Below are positions 10,248 through 20,641 of a DNA stretch of 64,000 nt, in pieces. The stretch covers positions 64,001-128,000 of the forward strand of contig CAWBOC010000003.1 of the NCBI GenBank assembly GCA_963790305.1, read 5' to 3'. A program made the position numbers and the translations under genes. The DNA comes from an uncultured Gemmatimonadaceae bacterium (GTDB lineage: Bacteria > Gemmatimonadota > Gemmatimonadetes > Gemmatimonadales > Gemmatimonadaceae). Each line of letters starts with the position of its first letter. Position 1 is the first letter of the stretch. Below the pieces are notes generated by a model. The model was not told the origin of the DNA, searched no databases, and saw nothing but the letters and a program-made list of their open reading frames with translations.

Positions 10248-11587
10248 GCCTCGGCGCCCGGCTCGCCGAACCGTGCGATCACGTCGCGCAGTGCACGCGC
10301 ATCCGCCTCCAGCGCCATCGCCGTTTCGCGCAGTCCCTCGGTCAACGCGCGCTGCTTCTCCATCGCCTCCGACGCCCGTGATGTCTCACCAGCCGATGCG
10401 TCAGCTTCTCCCAGCACGCTCGCCGACGCAGTACCGAGCTCGTCGACGAGCGACGCGTGGCGCTTCGACGCATCGACGACGGATTCGGCGAGCGAGTGCG
10501 CGCGACGAGCGTCTCCCTCGAGCCGGCGGAATACCTCCATCGCCTGCGTCATCACCCGCTTTCCCTCACCGACCGCGAGCTCCATACGCTGAATCTGCCG
10601 CAATGCATCCTCGGTGCGTGTCGTCATCTCGGCGACGAGCGCGTCGATGCGCTTCAGCGAGTCGGCGCTCTGCGTCGCCAGGACCCTGACCTCCTCGGCG
10701 ACCACTGCAAACCCCTTCCCTGCCTCACCTGCCCGCGCTGCCTCGATCGCGGCATTCAGCGCGAGCAGGTTCGTCTGCCGCACGATCTTGTGAATCACAG
10801 CCGTGATCTCACCGATCGCATCCGACATCTGCCGCATCGCCTCAATGCGTTCTGCCGACGCGTGTGCCGCTCCCGCGATCTCGGAGACGCGGTCGGACGC
10901 CGCTTCCGCGTGCTGGACGCCCTCGCCCGCCAACGTTTCCATCGACTGCGAGAGCTGCAGCGTCTCGCGGGCGGCGCCGCTCACCTCCCCTGACGCAGAC
11001 GTAATCTCCTCCGCCGCCGTCCGAATACGACGCGCGACGCCGAGGTTGGCTTGCGCGCCCTGCGCGAGTCGCACGAGCGCGCCGCCGACGTCCTGTGCGC
11101 CGCCCGCCGCTTCGCCGCCCACGCGGGTCACACGCTCCGAAGCGCGGATCAGCGTGTCCATCGTCCGCCGGGTCTCCTCGATGAGCGCCGCGACATCGCG
11201 CAACGCCGCCGTGATGTTGCCGCGATCGTTGGTCGTGCGGCTGGCGAGAATGCGGCCCCAGTCGCCGCGACGGAGTGAGACGCCGAGGCGATCGAGCTCG
11301 CGCAAGGGGCGTGTCATCGTCTTGTTGAGGCGCGTGACGAACCATACGATTGCCGCGAACGAGAGCAGCCAGGCGACCACCATCTCGCTCGGACGCAGCC
11401 CGCGAAAGGCGACGGTATAGACGATGGTCCCGATGATGAGGAGAAAGATGCCCAGCGTGGTCGCGATCTCGGCGAGGAGCTGCTGCCGGAAGCGCCACCG
11501 GACGACCAGCACGGCGGCGAGCACCACCACCAGCATGAACGCCAGGGTGAATACGAGACGCGACGTCGGATAGGGGATCTCGTTCAT
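10244..11587 (-). CDS. Methyl-accepting chemotaxis protein with three N-terminal TM helices and no periplasmic sensor domain
   Basis: Three hydrophobic segments, HAMP-like PLRELDRL, signalling motif [32 protein letters not shown]. Start overlaps the ubiD stop and stop overlaps the ubiA start. Confidence 0.92.
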   Translation of the reverse strand: MNEIPYPTSRLVFTLAFMLVVVLAAVLVVRWRFRQQLLAEIATTLGIFLLIIGTIVYTVAFRGLRPSEMVVAWLLSFAAIVWFVTRLNKTMTRPLRELDRLGVSLRRGDWGRILASRTTNDRGNITAALRDVAALIEETRRTMDTLIRASERVTRVGGEAAGGAQDVGGALVRLAQGAQANLGVARRIRTAAEEITSASGEVSGAARETLQLSQSMETLAGEGVQHAEAASDRVSEIAGAAHASAERIEAMRQMSDAIGEITAVIHKIVRQTNLLALNAAIEAARAGEAGKGFAVVAEEVRVLATQSADSLKRIDALVAEMTTRTEDALRQIQRMELAVGEGKRVMTQAMEVFRRLEGDARRAHSLAESVVDASKRHASLVDELGTASASVLGEADASAGETSRASEAMEKQRALTEGLRETAMALEADARALRDVIARFGEPGAEA

Positions 11588-13068
11588 CGGGGTCCGTCGA
11601 TACCGAGCGATGACCACATGGCGGTCACGCGGTGCCTGGTGTCGGCATCCATCTCGATGAGCGTGGGCCATTCACGCGTGAAGCCCTCTTCCGGCCATTT
11701 GCGCGTGGCGTCGATGCCCATCTTCGACCCATACGTGAAGGCGCGGCTCGAATGGTCGAGCACATCCATAGGACCCATGGTGAAGCGCGTGTCCCGCTCC
11801 GGATCGATGTTGTTGAGCGCGATCCACCAGGCTTCCTGCGGGTCGCGAACGTTCACGTGCTTGTCGACGACGATGATGAGCTTCGCGAGCGACATGAGTC
11901 CCTGGCCCCAGAGCGCATTCATCACCTTGTACGCGTGTCCCGGGTACTGCTTGTCGATGGAGACGAAGACGAGGTTGTGGAAAATCCCCTCGGCCGGCAT
12001 GTGGTAGTCGACGATCTCCGGCACCGTCAGTTTCAGAAGCGGCAGGAAGATTCGCTCGGTGGCGTGCCCGAGATAGAAGTCCTCCATCGGCGGCCGCCCG
12101 ACAATGGTCGTCGCGTAGACCGGATTCGAGCGCATCGTCAGCGCGGTCACGTGCACGCGCGGGTACAGGTCCGCGAGGGAGTAGTAGCCGGTGTGGTCAC
12201 CAAAGGGGCCCTCGGTCACCAGCGGCTCCGACGGGTCAATGTAGCCCTCGATGACGAACTCGGACTCGGCCGGCACCTCGAGGTCGCACGTCAACGCTTT
12301 CGCCAGGCGCACCGGCGCGCGCCGCAGGAACCCCGCGAACAGGAACTCGTCGACCGTCGGCGGGAGCGGCGCCGACGCGGAGTACATCAATGGCGGGTCG
12401 GCGCCGATCGCGATACAGACAGGCATCGTCTCCTTCCGCTCGGCCATGTCGCGCCAGTGCGCGGCACCCACCTTGTGGCGCTGCCAGTGCATCGCCAGGT
12501 CGCGTGCGCCTAACAGCTGGACGCGATACATCCCGACGTTTCTGATTCCCCGCTTCGGATCGCGGGAGATCACCATCGGCAAGGTAATGTAGGGTCCGCC
12601 GTCCTCTGGCCAGCACTTGATGATGGGCAGCTTGCGGAGATCGACCTCCTCGCCGCGCAGCACGATCTCCTGGCAGGGCGGTGAGCCCCCCTTCACGCGG
12701 GGGGGAAATTTCCCGAGCTCGAGGAGTCGAGGCAGCAGCGACAGCTTCGCCACGAGACCGTCCGGGACCTTGAGCTCCATCATCTGCGCGATGCGCTCGC
12801 CGATCTCATCGAGCCGCTCGACGCCCAGCGACATCGACATGCGCCGCATGGAGCCAAAGAGGTTGATGGCGACGGGATGCGGGGAGCGTGACCCATCGAA
12901 GAGCTTCACATGCTCGAAGAGCAGAGCCGGACCGCCGCCCGGCATCTTCATCACGCGATCGGCGATCTCGCACAGCTCGAGGTCCACCGATACCGGGTGC
13001 GAGATCCGCTTCAGCTCACCTGCGCGCTCGAGCTGCGTGAGAAACTGTCCGACGGTGTCGATGGTCAT
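11584..13068 (-). CDS. ubiD: UbiD-family menaquinone biosynthesis decarboxylase (MqnL-type)
   Basis: [49 protein letters not shown]. Confidence 0.96.
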   Translation of the reverse strand: MTIDTVGQFLTQLERAGELKRISHPVSVDLELCEIADRVMKMPGGGPALLFEHVKLFDGSRSPHPVAINLFGSMRRMSMSLGVERLDEIGERIAQMMELKVPDGLVAKLSLLPRLLELGKFPPRVKGGSPPCQEIVLRGEEVDLRKLPIIKCWPEDGGPYITLPMVISRDPKRGIRNVGMYRVQLLGARDLAMHWQRHKVGAAHWRDMAERKETMPVCIAIGADPPLMYSASAPLPPTVDEFLFAGFLRRAPVRLAKALTCDLEVPAESEFVIEGYIDPSEPLVTEGPFGDHTGYYSLADLYPRVHVTALTMRSNPVYATTIVGRPPMEDFYLGHATERIFLPLLKLTVPEIVDYHMPAEGIFHNLVFVSIDKQYPGHAYKVMNALWGQGLMSLAKLIIVVDKHVNVRDPQEAWWIALNNIDPERDTRFTMGPMDVLDHSSRAFTYGSKMGIDATRKWPEEGFTREWPTLIEMDADTRHRVTAMWSSLGIDGPR

Positions 13069-13832
13069 CCCGCCGCTCCCGCACCGCCGCGCTCTCCGGC
13101 ATGAATGGCGGCGATTCCGAAGCTCAACCGGGTGACTCGGACGTTCGCGAAGCCGGCGCGCGTCATCCGACTCGCCAGCTCCTCTTCACTCGGAAAGTTG
13201 TCGACGGAGGCGGGAAGATACCGATACGCGGTTGGATGTCGGGACACCAGGCGGCCGAGCATCGGAAGCACGCGGTGAAAGTAGAAGCGGTAAAGCGTGC
13301 GCACGACCGGCACACGCGGCATTGAGAACTCCAGGATCACGAAGGTCGCTCCATCACGGAGGACGCGGAACGCCTCGGCGATTCCCGCATCGAGATCCTC
13401 GAGATTGCGGGCACCGAAGGCGACGATCGCTCCAGATGCGGCTCCGGTGCGCAAGGGAAGCTCCACCGCATCCGCCACGACTGGCGCGACCGGGCGCGAC
13501 GCGATCTTCTGACGGCCAGCGCGCAGCATTGCTTCCGCGAAGTCCGTTCCGAGGACCATGCCGCGGAACTGTCGCTTGCGGGCGAGCTCGTTCGCGACGT
13601 CCATCGTCCCCGCGCAGAGATCGACATAGACACCGGACGGGTCGCGGTCCCACCGCAGCGCCGCGACGGCGCGGCGACGCCACCGCTTGTCGATGCTGAA
13701 GCTGAGGAGGTGGTTGAGGAGATCGTAGCGGGGCGCAATCTGGGAGAAGACACCGCGAACGTAGGCGCGCTTCTCGGCGCTCCCGGCGGCAGCGGCGAGC
13801 GCCTCGCTCCGCTCGGTCTGGACGGACGGCAT
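13065..13832 (-). CDS. ubiE: Demethylmenaquinone methyltransferase UbiE/MenG
   Basis: FSQIAPRYDLLNHLLSF, DLCAGTMD, AFGARN, ILEFS, AYRYLPASV. Confidence 0.93.
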   Translation of the reverse strand: MPSVQTERSEALAAAAGSAEKRAYVRGVFSQIAPRYDLLNHLLSFSIDKRWRRRAVAALRWDRDPSGVYVDLCAGTMDVANELARKRQFRGMVLGTDFAEAMLRAGRQKIASRPVAPVVADAVELPLRTGAASGAIVAFGARNLEDLDAGIAEAFRVLRDGATFVILEFSMPRVPVVRTLYRFYFHRVLPMLGRLVSRHPTAYRYLPASVDNFPSEEELASRMTRAGFANVRVTRLSFGIAAIHAGERGGAGAAG

Positions 13833-13920
13833 TGCGATGAAGTTGGTCGAGGTGGCCGAGAGCCGCAAGCGCGCGCGCTGGCTGAAGTTGGACTGTGTAA
13901 ATACCTTTGCCTGATTGAAA

Positions 13921-14046
13921 GGGATCAGGAGTCAGGAGTCAGGAGCCAGGGGGGTTCAGGGTGTTAGGTGAGAGGAACTGCTCTCGCACCCCGACACCTC
14001 GGACCTGAAACCCCCTGATCCCTGACTCCTGACTCCTGACCCCTAG
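13921..14046. repeat. Inverted pair of TCAGGAG heptamer arrays (copy 1)
   Basis: GATCAGGAGTCAGGAGTCAGG...CCTGATCCCTGACTCCTGACTCCTGACCCCTAG, ending immediately before the sigma-factor ATG. Confidence 0.9.
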
Positions 14047-14649
14047 ATGTCTCAAGTTCTCGACCTCGCGAACCTCCCCGATGCGGACGTCGTCGCGCTC
14101 GCGCAAGAGGGGCGCGAGCCGGCGTATCGCGAGCTGCTGCGACGGTATGAGCGCCCGGTGTTCTCGCTGATCTTTCGCATGGTGCGCGACCGGGAGACAG
14201 CCGAGGATCTCGCGCAGGAGACCTTCATCAAGGTCCTCAACCACATTGATCGCTACCGGCCCGAGTTCAAGCTCTCGAGCTGGCTGTTCAAGATCGCCAA
14301 CAACGTCGCCATCGACCATTTGCGAAAGCGAACGGTGGAGACGATCAGCATCGACGGGTCTCCCCATGCGGCAACCAGGGCGGAGATCGAGGCCACCTCG
14401 TTCGACGTGGAGTCCCGGGGCGAATCGGCCCTCGAGGAGGTCGAATCCCGGGAGCTGGGATCGGCGATCGAGCGTGCCATCGCGCGGCTCCGGCCGGAGT
14501 ACCGGTCGTGCATTATGCTGCGTCACGTGGAAGGCCGGTCGTACGAGGAAATCGCGGCCATGCTCGATCTGCCCCTGGGGACCGTAAAGACCTACATCCA
14601 CCGGGCCAGGAAGGAGCTGAGGGACGCTTTGGAGCATCTTCGGACCTAG
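14047..14649 (+). CDS. ECF RNA polymerase sigma factor (SigW/RpoE-like)
   Basis: AEDLAQETFIK, SSWLFKIANN, SYEEIAAMLDLPLGTVKTYIHRAR. Confidence 0.95.
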   Translation: MSQVLDLANLPDADVVALAQEGREPAYRELLRRYERPVFSLIFRMVRDRETAEDLAQETFIKVLNHIDRYRPEFKLSSWLFKIANNVAIDHLRKRTVETISIDGSPHAATRAEIEATSFDVESRGESALEEVESRELGSAIERAIARLRPEYRSCIMLRHVEGRSYEEIAAMLDLPLGTVKTYIHRARKELRDALEHLRT

Positions 14650-14650
14650 G

Positions 14651-14677
14651 TGAAACCCCTTTCGTGAGGCCGACGTA
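14651..14677 (+). promoter_or_regulatory. Putative ECF (SigW-type) promoter upstream of the anti-sigma gene
   Basis: TGAAAC-N17-CGTA, followed by a GGAGG RBS and GTG at 14696. Confidence 0.6.
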
Positions 14678-14695
14678 GGACCGACCGGAGGCTTT

Positions 14696-15274
14696 GTGGA
14701 CCGACATCTACTACCCAGCGAAATCGATCTGCTGCTCGACGGCGAGGTGGGGTTTGGCACCTCACCGCTGAAGACGCACATCCGGAAGTGTCCAACCTGC
14801 CGTGGCGAGCTCGACGAAGCGCGCGCGACAGTTCGGGCGCTCGAGCATTTGCCGCACCTGGCACCCTCACCGCTGTTCGCGGAGCGGGTGCTTTCGCGCG
14901 TGAACATCTTCGTCCCTTGGCACGTAGCCGCGCTCGATACGCTGCGAGGCTTCGTGCCATCCTCGCGCGGCGGGCGCGTCGCCTTCGGCGTTGGCGCCGG
15001 GTCGCTCGCGGCCGCCATGAGCATTCTCGTGCTCTGGATAGCACTTCGTTTCGACGCGGTGCTGTTCGCCATCGGAATGCTGGCCGACCGGATGCGGGCG
15101 AGCCTGCTCGACGCCGCGGGCACTTTCCTCGCGGGCGCGCTGGGGGACTCCGCCTACACGCTCGTGCGCTCGAGCGGACTCCTCGGCCTGGGCGTGCTGA
15201 CACTGGCGCTCGTCGCGGCCGCTCTGCTCGCGGCGACGCTTCTTCGTACCATTGCAGTTCACCGTCGTCGCTGA
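14696..15274 (+). CDS. Membrane-anchored zinc-binding (ZAS) anti-sigma factor
   Basis: HxxxCxxC motif HIRKCPTC, C-terminal TM segments, directly downstream of the ECF sigma. Confidence 0.85.
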   Translation: MDRHLLPSEIDLLLDGEVGFGTSPLKTHIRKCPTCRGELDEARATVRALEHLPHLAPSPLFAERVLSRVNIFVPWHVAALDTLRGFVPSSRGGRVAFGVGAGSLAAAMSILVLWIALRFDAVLFAIGMLADRMRASLLDAAGTFLAGALGDSAYTLVRSSGLLGLGVLTLALVAAALLAATLLRTIAVHRRR

Positions 15275-15279
15275 GCGCC

Positions 15280-16371
15280 ATGAAAGCGCTCGTCATCGCC
15301 GCCGCGTGGCTCATCCTCGCCCCCGGCCGGCTGCTCACGCAGGTAACCGAGCTCGCGCCCGATTCGGCGCGCAGCGTTCGCGCTGCACTCGCGCGCGACC
15401 CGTTCGGTGCCCGTGTCCATGAAGACACGCGCATCTCCGTCGGTGATCGTATCGTCGCACCTGGCGAGGCGCTCTCCGGCGCCGTCGTGACCACTCGCGG
15501 CGACCTCATCGTATCCGGCAGCGTGGCGCTCGACGCGATCGCCGTCGGCGGCGACGTCATTGTCAGGCAGGGTGGCGTGGTCGGCGGTGATGCGCTCGCG
15601 GTGGACGGTCGCGTGCGACTCGAGGGAGGCACCATTCGCGGCGAGACGCGCACCATTGCGGGGCCGCTTGGACTGACGCCGGCCACCGCCGCGCCACGGT
15701 CGGCGCTGTCGAGCATGTGGCAGCAACTGCTGCTCGCGCTTGGCTGGCTCGCCACCCTCGCGGCTATCGGCGTCGTGGTCGTTCTCTTCGCGCGGTCGAA
15801 CCTCGAGGGTGTAGCGGACGCGATCGAGCGCAACTTCGGGCGCGCGTTCCTCGTCGGCATTGCAGCCGAGCTCGCGGTCCTTCCAGCGCTCCTCATGCTG
15901 ATCGTCGTGCTTCTGCTCATTCCAATCGTGGGATGGGCGCTGCTGCCCTTCGCATGTATCGGGTTTCTCATGGCGGTCGCCGGCGCGCTCGCGCTCGGGT
16001 TCCTTTCCATGGCACAGGTTACCGGCGAGGCCATCATGCGGCGCACACATCGTGGTGCGGGTGGTCTGGAGCGCGTGGTGTTCGTCGGTCTCGTCGCCTA
16101 CATGTCGTTATGGATCGTCGCGGCGCTGCTCGCGTGGAGTGGTCCTGCGGGCGGCACGATGCGCATCATTGCGCTCCTGTTGACGTGGGTCGCCGCTACG
16201 GTCGGCTTTGGCGCGACGATCATCTCCCGCGGAGGGACGGCGGAGGCTTCTCGCCCGTCGATCCCGGTGACGAGGACCGCCGAGCTCGAGTGGCAGACTC
16301 CGACTCCGGTCGTCGGCGTGGCAGCCGCCCGGCGTCCAACGCCCGCACCGCGCTCGGGGATCGACTCGTGA
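15280..16371 (+). CDS. Membrane protein with bactofilin/polymer-forming-like beta-helix repeats and a multi-TM C-terminus
   Basis: Repeats GDLIVSGSV, GGDVIVRQGGVVGGDALAVDGRVRLEGGTIRGE, then about five TM helices. Confidence 0.7.
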   Translation: MKALVIAAAWLILAPGRLLTQVTELAPDSARSVRAALARDPFGARVHEDTRISVGDRIVAPGEALSGAVVTTRGDLIVSGSVALDAIAVGGDVIVRQGGVVGGDALAVDGRVRLEGGTIRGETRTIAGPLGLTPATAAPRSALSSMWQQLLLALGWLATLAAIGVVVVLFARSNLEGVADAIERNFGRAFLVGIAAELAVLPALLMLIVVLLLIPIVGWALLPFACIGFLMAVAGALALGFLSMAQVTGEAIMRRTHRGAGGLERVVFVGLVAYMSLWIVAALLAWSGPAGGTMRIIALLLTWVAATVGFGATIISRGGTAEASRPSIPVTRTAELEWQTPTPVVGVAAARRPTPAPRSGIDS

Positions 16372-17222
16372 GGCGGCTGCGCACGCTGGCGTTGGTCTCG
16401 GCGCTCCTCGGATGCGGCTACGCTGCCGATGCCGCGCAGGCGTGGCGCACGACGTCGGCCGTCCGCCCGCGTGACACGTCCGACAGCCTCCGCCTGCGTG
16501 TAAACCTCACCGGTGGCTCGCTGCGCGTTTCGCCGGCCGACGACGGCGAGCTGTACGACTACTCGATGCGGTACGACGCGGCGCATTACGATGTCGAGGG
16601 CCGCTACGACTCCGCGTCACACACGCTGTCGCTGCGCCTCGATGGCGGGCGTCGCCCATTCCGAGGGCTGTCGGGAGACGAAAAAGAGCGATCGCGCTTG
16701 TCGCTGGCCGTGGCGCGTGGGGTACCGCTCGACGTCGCCCTTCGCCTCGGCGCCGTGGAAGCGGATCTCGACCTGGGAGGCCTGGCCGTCGACGAGCTGA
16801 CCGTCGAGTCCGCGGCGAGCAACACTGCGCTTCGCTTCGCGACACCGAATCCGCGACGCATGCGATCGCTGCGGTTCGATGTTGGAGCGGCGGCGATCGA
16901 AGCGACCGGGGTGGGAAACGCGAACGTCGAGCACATCGACGTCGATTGCGGCGCCGGTGCGCTCACGCTCGATTTCTCGGGCGCCTGGGCCGCCGATGTG
17001 GATGCGCGACTTCGCGTGCGGCTGGGTGCCGTCACGCTGCGCGTCCCGCGTGATGTCGGAGTGCGCGCACGCGTCGATGTCACCCTTGGAACGTTCGACC
17101 ACGACGGCTTTCGCGAGCAGGACGGCGTGCACTACTCCGCGAACTGGGAGGGCGCGAAGCGTCGCCTCACGATCGACGCGTCGATGCTCGTCGGCACGCT
17201 GGAGATCGAGCCAATCGATTGA
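16368..17222 (+). CDS. Exported beta-solenoid protein (toast-rack/LiaF-related)
   Basis: Signal peptide; repeats LGAVEADLDLGGL, CGAGALTLDFSG, LGAVTLRVP. GTGA-coupled to the upstream gene. Confidence 0.7.
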   Translation: MRRLRTLALVSALLGCGYAADAAQAWRTTSAVRPRDTSDSLRLRVNLTGGSLRVSPADDGELYDYSMRYDAAHYDVEGRYDSASHTLSLRLDGGRRPFRGLSGDEKERSRLSLAVARGVPLDVALRLGAVEADLDLGGLAVDELTVESAASNTALRFATPNPRRMRSLRFDVGAAAIEATGVGNANVEHIDVDCGAGALTLDFSGAWAADVDARLRVRLGAVTLRVPRDVGVRARVDVTLGTFDHDGFREQDGVHYSANWEGAKRRLTIDASMLVGTLEIEPID

Positions 17223-17289
17223 CGCGCTGGCTGTCACTGGCCCATCCCTTGCCCTTCCGTCAGGTAGGGCAATTTTTTTGGGAGGGTGC

Positions 17290-18240
17290 GTGATCATCAA
17301 GGGCCGACGCGTCGGACCGCTGCTGCAGAAGACCGGGCAGGAGATTTTGGACGACAGCATCCTCGGGCTCTCCGCGCAGACGGCATACTACTTCTTCTTC
17401 TCCCTCTTCCCGCTGTTTCTTTTCCTCGCTCCGCTCATTGGGTTCATCGGCGAGCGTGAGGAGATCATGGCGTGGCTGATCGTGAATCTCCGGCAGGCGG
17501 TGCCAGGGGAGGCGGTGGATCTCGTCGACAACGTCGTGCGTGATGTCCTCAATCCCAACTCCGCTGGTGTCCTTTCCATAGGCTTACTCGGCGCCGCATG
17601 GGCGGGCTCGAACGTCTTTTCAGCGCTCATTGACGCGCTGAACCGCGCCTATGACGTGGAGGAGGGGCGCCCGTGGTGGAAGAAAAAGCTCATCGCGCTC
17701 GCGAGCGTGCTCGTGTCGTCGGTCCTCTTCCTGGTGACGACATCGATCATGCTCGGGGGGCCCGAGATCGCGGAATGGATCGAGCGCCGGACGGTCATGG
17801 GTGAGTTCGGGCAAACGGTGTGGAATATCCTCCAGTATCCGCTCGCCTTCGCGCTGCTCGTGGGCATGCTCTGGCTCATCTACTACTTCCTGCCTAACCA
17901 GCGCCAGGACAAATCGCAGATCCTGGTCGGCGCCCTCGTGGCCGCCGTGCTCTGGGTTCTGGTCACGCTGTTGTTCCGGGCGTACGTCGCGAACTTTGGC
18001 TCGTACAACAAGACCTATGGCGCGATCGGCGGCGTCATCGTCCTGCTGACCTGGATGTACCTGACGATGCTGGCGATCCTCACCGGCGGAGAGCTCAACG
18101 CGGAGCTCCATCATGGAACGGCGTCCGTGGAGCCTCGCAAGGGCGCGGTGTACGTCGGCCGCGTGGTGACGGCGCACGATCCCGGCCGGCCATCCAACGA
18201 GAGGATTGAGCGCGTACGGCCGCAGGAAGTTCGAGGCTAG
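17290..18240 (+). CDS. YihY/virulence factor BrkB family membrane protein
   Basis: AQTAYYFFFSLFP, ALNRAYDVEEGRPWW, YNKTYGAIGGVIVLLTWMY, GGELNA. GGAGG RBS. Confidence 0.93.
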   Translation: MIIKGRRVGPLLQKTGQEILDDSILGLSAQTAYYFFFSLFPLFLFLAPLIGFIGEREEIMAWLIVNLRQAVPGEAVDLVDNVVRDVLNPNSAGVLSIGLLGAAWAGSNVFSALIDALNRAYDVEEGRPWWKKKLIALASVLVSSVLFLVTTSIMLGGPEIAEWIERRTVMGEFGQTVWNILQYPLAFALLVGMLWLIYYFLPNQRQDKSQILVGALVAAVLWVLVTLLFRAYVANFGSYNKTYGAIGGVIVLLTWMYLTMLAILTGGELNAELHHGTASVEPRKGAVYVGRVVTAHDPGRPSNERIERVRPQEVRG

Positions 18241-18266
18241 ACCGACAAATCTCAGATGTCAGTGGG

Positions 18267-18395
18267 AACGGCAGAGACGTCAGATGTCAGAAATACAGAA
18301 TTCAGAATTCAGACAAAGCCACGGCAGCACCATTGGCTCCCTGGTCGGTTCTGAATTCTGAATTCTGTATTCTGACATCTGACATCTCTGCCGTT
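18267..18395. repeat. Inverted pair of CAGAATT/CAGATGT heptamer arrays (copy 1)
   Basis: Left arm AACGGCAGAGACGTCAGATGTCAGAAATACAGAATTCAGAATTCAGA matches the reverse complement of the right arm apart from one substitution and one extra A. Confidence 0.9.
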
Positions 18396-18402
18396 AGTCC
18401 GA

Positions 18403-19185
18403 CTACCCACGCGCTGAGGCATGCAGCGTCACGATGGACCCGCGCATGAGCGACAGACTCTGCGCCGCGTTGCCATCGCGCACGGCGATCTCGAGTAAGC
18501 CCGACGATCCGCACAGCGCCACCGCGCCCAGGGGCTGCACGTCGGCATAAGCCCGCGCGACCGGAATCGTTCGTCCGCCGATTTCCACGAACGCCGGGTC
18601 GCCCTCGCGGCCCTGCGTTGCGGGAAACGCGACGATGTTCGTGATCGCGTTCCCGTATCGATCGATCGAGATCACTTCGCCCTGGATGGCGCCGGTGCCA
18701 AGCCGCCGTGCCTCCGGGGTGCGCCGGATCGTCGGCGACTCCGCCGGAGCACCGAGCGCGTCGATCGGCGCGCCCATCGCGATGCGCGCCGCCGCGGGAG
18801 CGAACAGGTCGCGACCATGAAACGTCGGCGAGGCCGCGGGAGGGACCGGCAGAGTCACCGCGCGTGCGCCCGCCACGAGGAGCGCCGGCGAGAGGGCGCC
18901 ATTGTCGGGGCCGATGAGGACGCGATCCTCACTTCGCACCGCGAGCGCATCCCGCGATGATCCAACCCCTGGATCGACGACCACGAGGTGAATCGTCTGC
19001 GGCGGGAATCGACGCCAGTATCGTGCGACGGCCAGACGGGCACTCTCGACATCCTGCGGAGCGATGTCGTGGGAAAGGTCGACCACTCGCGCCTCGGGAG
19101 CCAGCGAGTACAAGACACCTTTCATCTCGGCCACGTAGCCGTCGGCGGTGCCGAAATCGGTCAACAGCGTGATGAGCGGTCGCAT
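18403..19185 (-). CDS. SAM hydroxide adenosyltransferase / chlorinase-fluorinase family (DUF62)
   Basis: ITLLTDFG, VVDPGVG, GPDNG, TFHGRDLFAP, IDRYGN, LEIAV. Confidence 0.93.
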   Translation of the reverse strand: MRPLITLLTDFGTADGYVAEMKGVLYSLAPEARVVDLSHDIAPQDVESARLAVARYWRRFPPQTIHLVVVDPGVGSSRDALAVRSEDRVLIGPDNGALSPALLVAGARAVTLPVPPAASPTFHGRDLFAPAAARIAMGAPIDALGAPAESPTIRRTPEARRLGTGAIQGEVISIDRYGNAITNIVAFPATQGREGDPAFVEIGGRTIPVARAYADVQPLGAVALCGSSGLLEIAVRDGNAAQSLSLMRGSIVTLHASARG

Positions 19186-19186
19186 C

Positions 19187-20641
19187 TCACAGGGATTTGC
19201 GTTTCCATCGGCCAAGTCGCCAGAGCACCATCATGGCGATGCCGCGCGCGGTAGCAGTGAGGCAAATCACCCACCAGATCCCGTCGATCCCCCATTGAAA
19301 CGCCGCCCAGGCGGCCAGGGGGATGCGAATCGCGGTGAGTGCGGTCGAGGCGAGCATCGGGGGAAACGTGTGCCCCGCCCCGCCCAGCGCGCCCTCGAGG
19401 ACCAGCTCCGCCCCCACGAACGCCTGCGACAGCGCGCAGATACGAAGGTAGCCCGCGCTCACCGCGATCACCGCTGGATCGTCGGTGAAGAGGGATGCGA
19501 ACTCCTCGGCGAACACGATCTCGATGACCGCCGCCACCACGCCGACGACGCTCGCGAAGCCGGTCGTGATCCACCCCGTCCGCTCGGCTCGACCCACCTG
19601 GCCAGCGCCCAGGTTCTGGCCGACGATGGCGGCCGCGGCGGCGCCGAATCCAACGCCGACCATGTACGCCCAGCTCTCGACGCGGTGACCGATGCCTAAC
19701 GCGGCGAGCGCGGGCGTGCCGAACTGCGTCGTCGTCCGCGTCATCAGCACATAGATCAGGCTGAAAATCACGCCGGTGGCCGCGGTGGGCAGCCCGATGC
19801 GCGCGATGAGCGGAATGGCGCGCTCGGTCGGCCCCACGAGGCGGATCATCGAGCGCCGCACGAGAAGTGCGAGCCCCAACACGAAGGCCGATCCCCGAGT
19901 GAGGATCGTCGCGATCGCGGCGCCGGCGATGCCAAGCTCGGGCGCCGGTCCCAATCCCAGGATGAGAACCGGGTCGAGCACGAGCGCCGCGACGACCGAC
20001 ACGCTGAGTAGCAGGAAGGGGGTTCGCGTGTCACCAGCCGCACGAAACGCGGCGTCGATGGCAAAGTACCCGAAGATCAGCGGACACCCGGCCAGATAGG
20101 CGGTGAGGTAGCGCCTGCCTAACGCGGTCACCTCGGGCGGGGTGTGCATCACCGCGAAGAGCCAGTCCAGCAGCAGCAGCCCCCCGAGAGCGACGGCCAC
20201 GCCAAGCCCGAGCGCGAAGACGAGCGCGGCGCCAACGGCGCGGGCAGCTTCCCTGGGTCGCCGTTGGCCGTGCCGGCGTGATGCAACGGCCGTCAGACCC
20301 ACCGCCACCATTTCGGCCAGCGCGATCAGCATCCAGATCCAGAAGACGGACGTGGAGACTGCCGCCAGGCCGGTGGGACCGAGGCGCGTCCCCACCCAGA
20401 ACGCATCGACACTCGTGAAGAGCGTCATGAGAAGCGCCGACGCCACCGACGGAAGCGCGATGCGGACAATCGTACCGGCTAACGGCCGGTGAACCAGCGA
20501 CGCCTGTGCGAGGTATTCCCCGGTGACGCCGATCGCCGGGACGCCTTCATGGGCATCCAACGGCAACGCGGCCGCCGGCATGTCTTCGCCAGGCGGCCGC
20601 GTATGGTCTGCTTCGTGGTCCAGCTGACTGCGGGCACTCAC
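19187..20641 (-). CDS. MATE family efflux transporter
   Basis: VDAFWVG, FRAAGDTRTP, LDPVLI, GIAGAAIAT, VGQNLGAG, about 12 TM segments. Confidence 0.93.
   Translation of the reverse strand: MSARSQLDHEADHTRPPGEDMPAAALPLDAHEGVPAIGVTGEYLAQASLVHRPLAGTIVRIALPSVASALLMTLFTSVDAFWVGTRLGPTGLAAVSTSVFWIWMLIALAEMVAVGLTAVASRRHGQRRPREAARAVGAALVFALGLGVAVALGGLLLLDWLFAVMHTPPEVTALGRRYLTAYLAGCPLIFGYFAIDAAFRAAGDTRTPFLLLSVSVVAALVLDPVLILGLGPAPELGIAGAAIATILTRGSAFVLGLALLVRRSMIRLVGPTERAIPLIARIGLPTAATGVIFSLIYVLMTRTTTQFGTPALAALGIGHRVESWAYMVGVGFGAAAAAIVGQNLGAGQVGRAERTGWITTGFASVVGVVAAVIEIVFAEEFASLFTDDPAVIAVSAGYLRICALSQAFVGAELVLEGALGGAGHTFPPMLASTALTAIRIPLAAWAAFQWGIDGIWWVICLTATARGIAMMVLWRLGRWKRKSL

Noticed and set aside
18403..19185. 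DUF62 gene as a fluorinase or chlorinase in a natural-product cluster
   Set aside because: The context is housekeeping with no biosynthetic genes, and most members of this family are SAM hydrolases.
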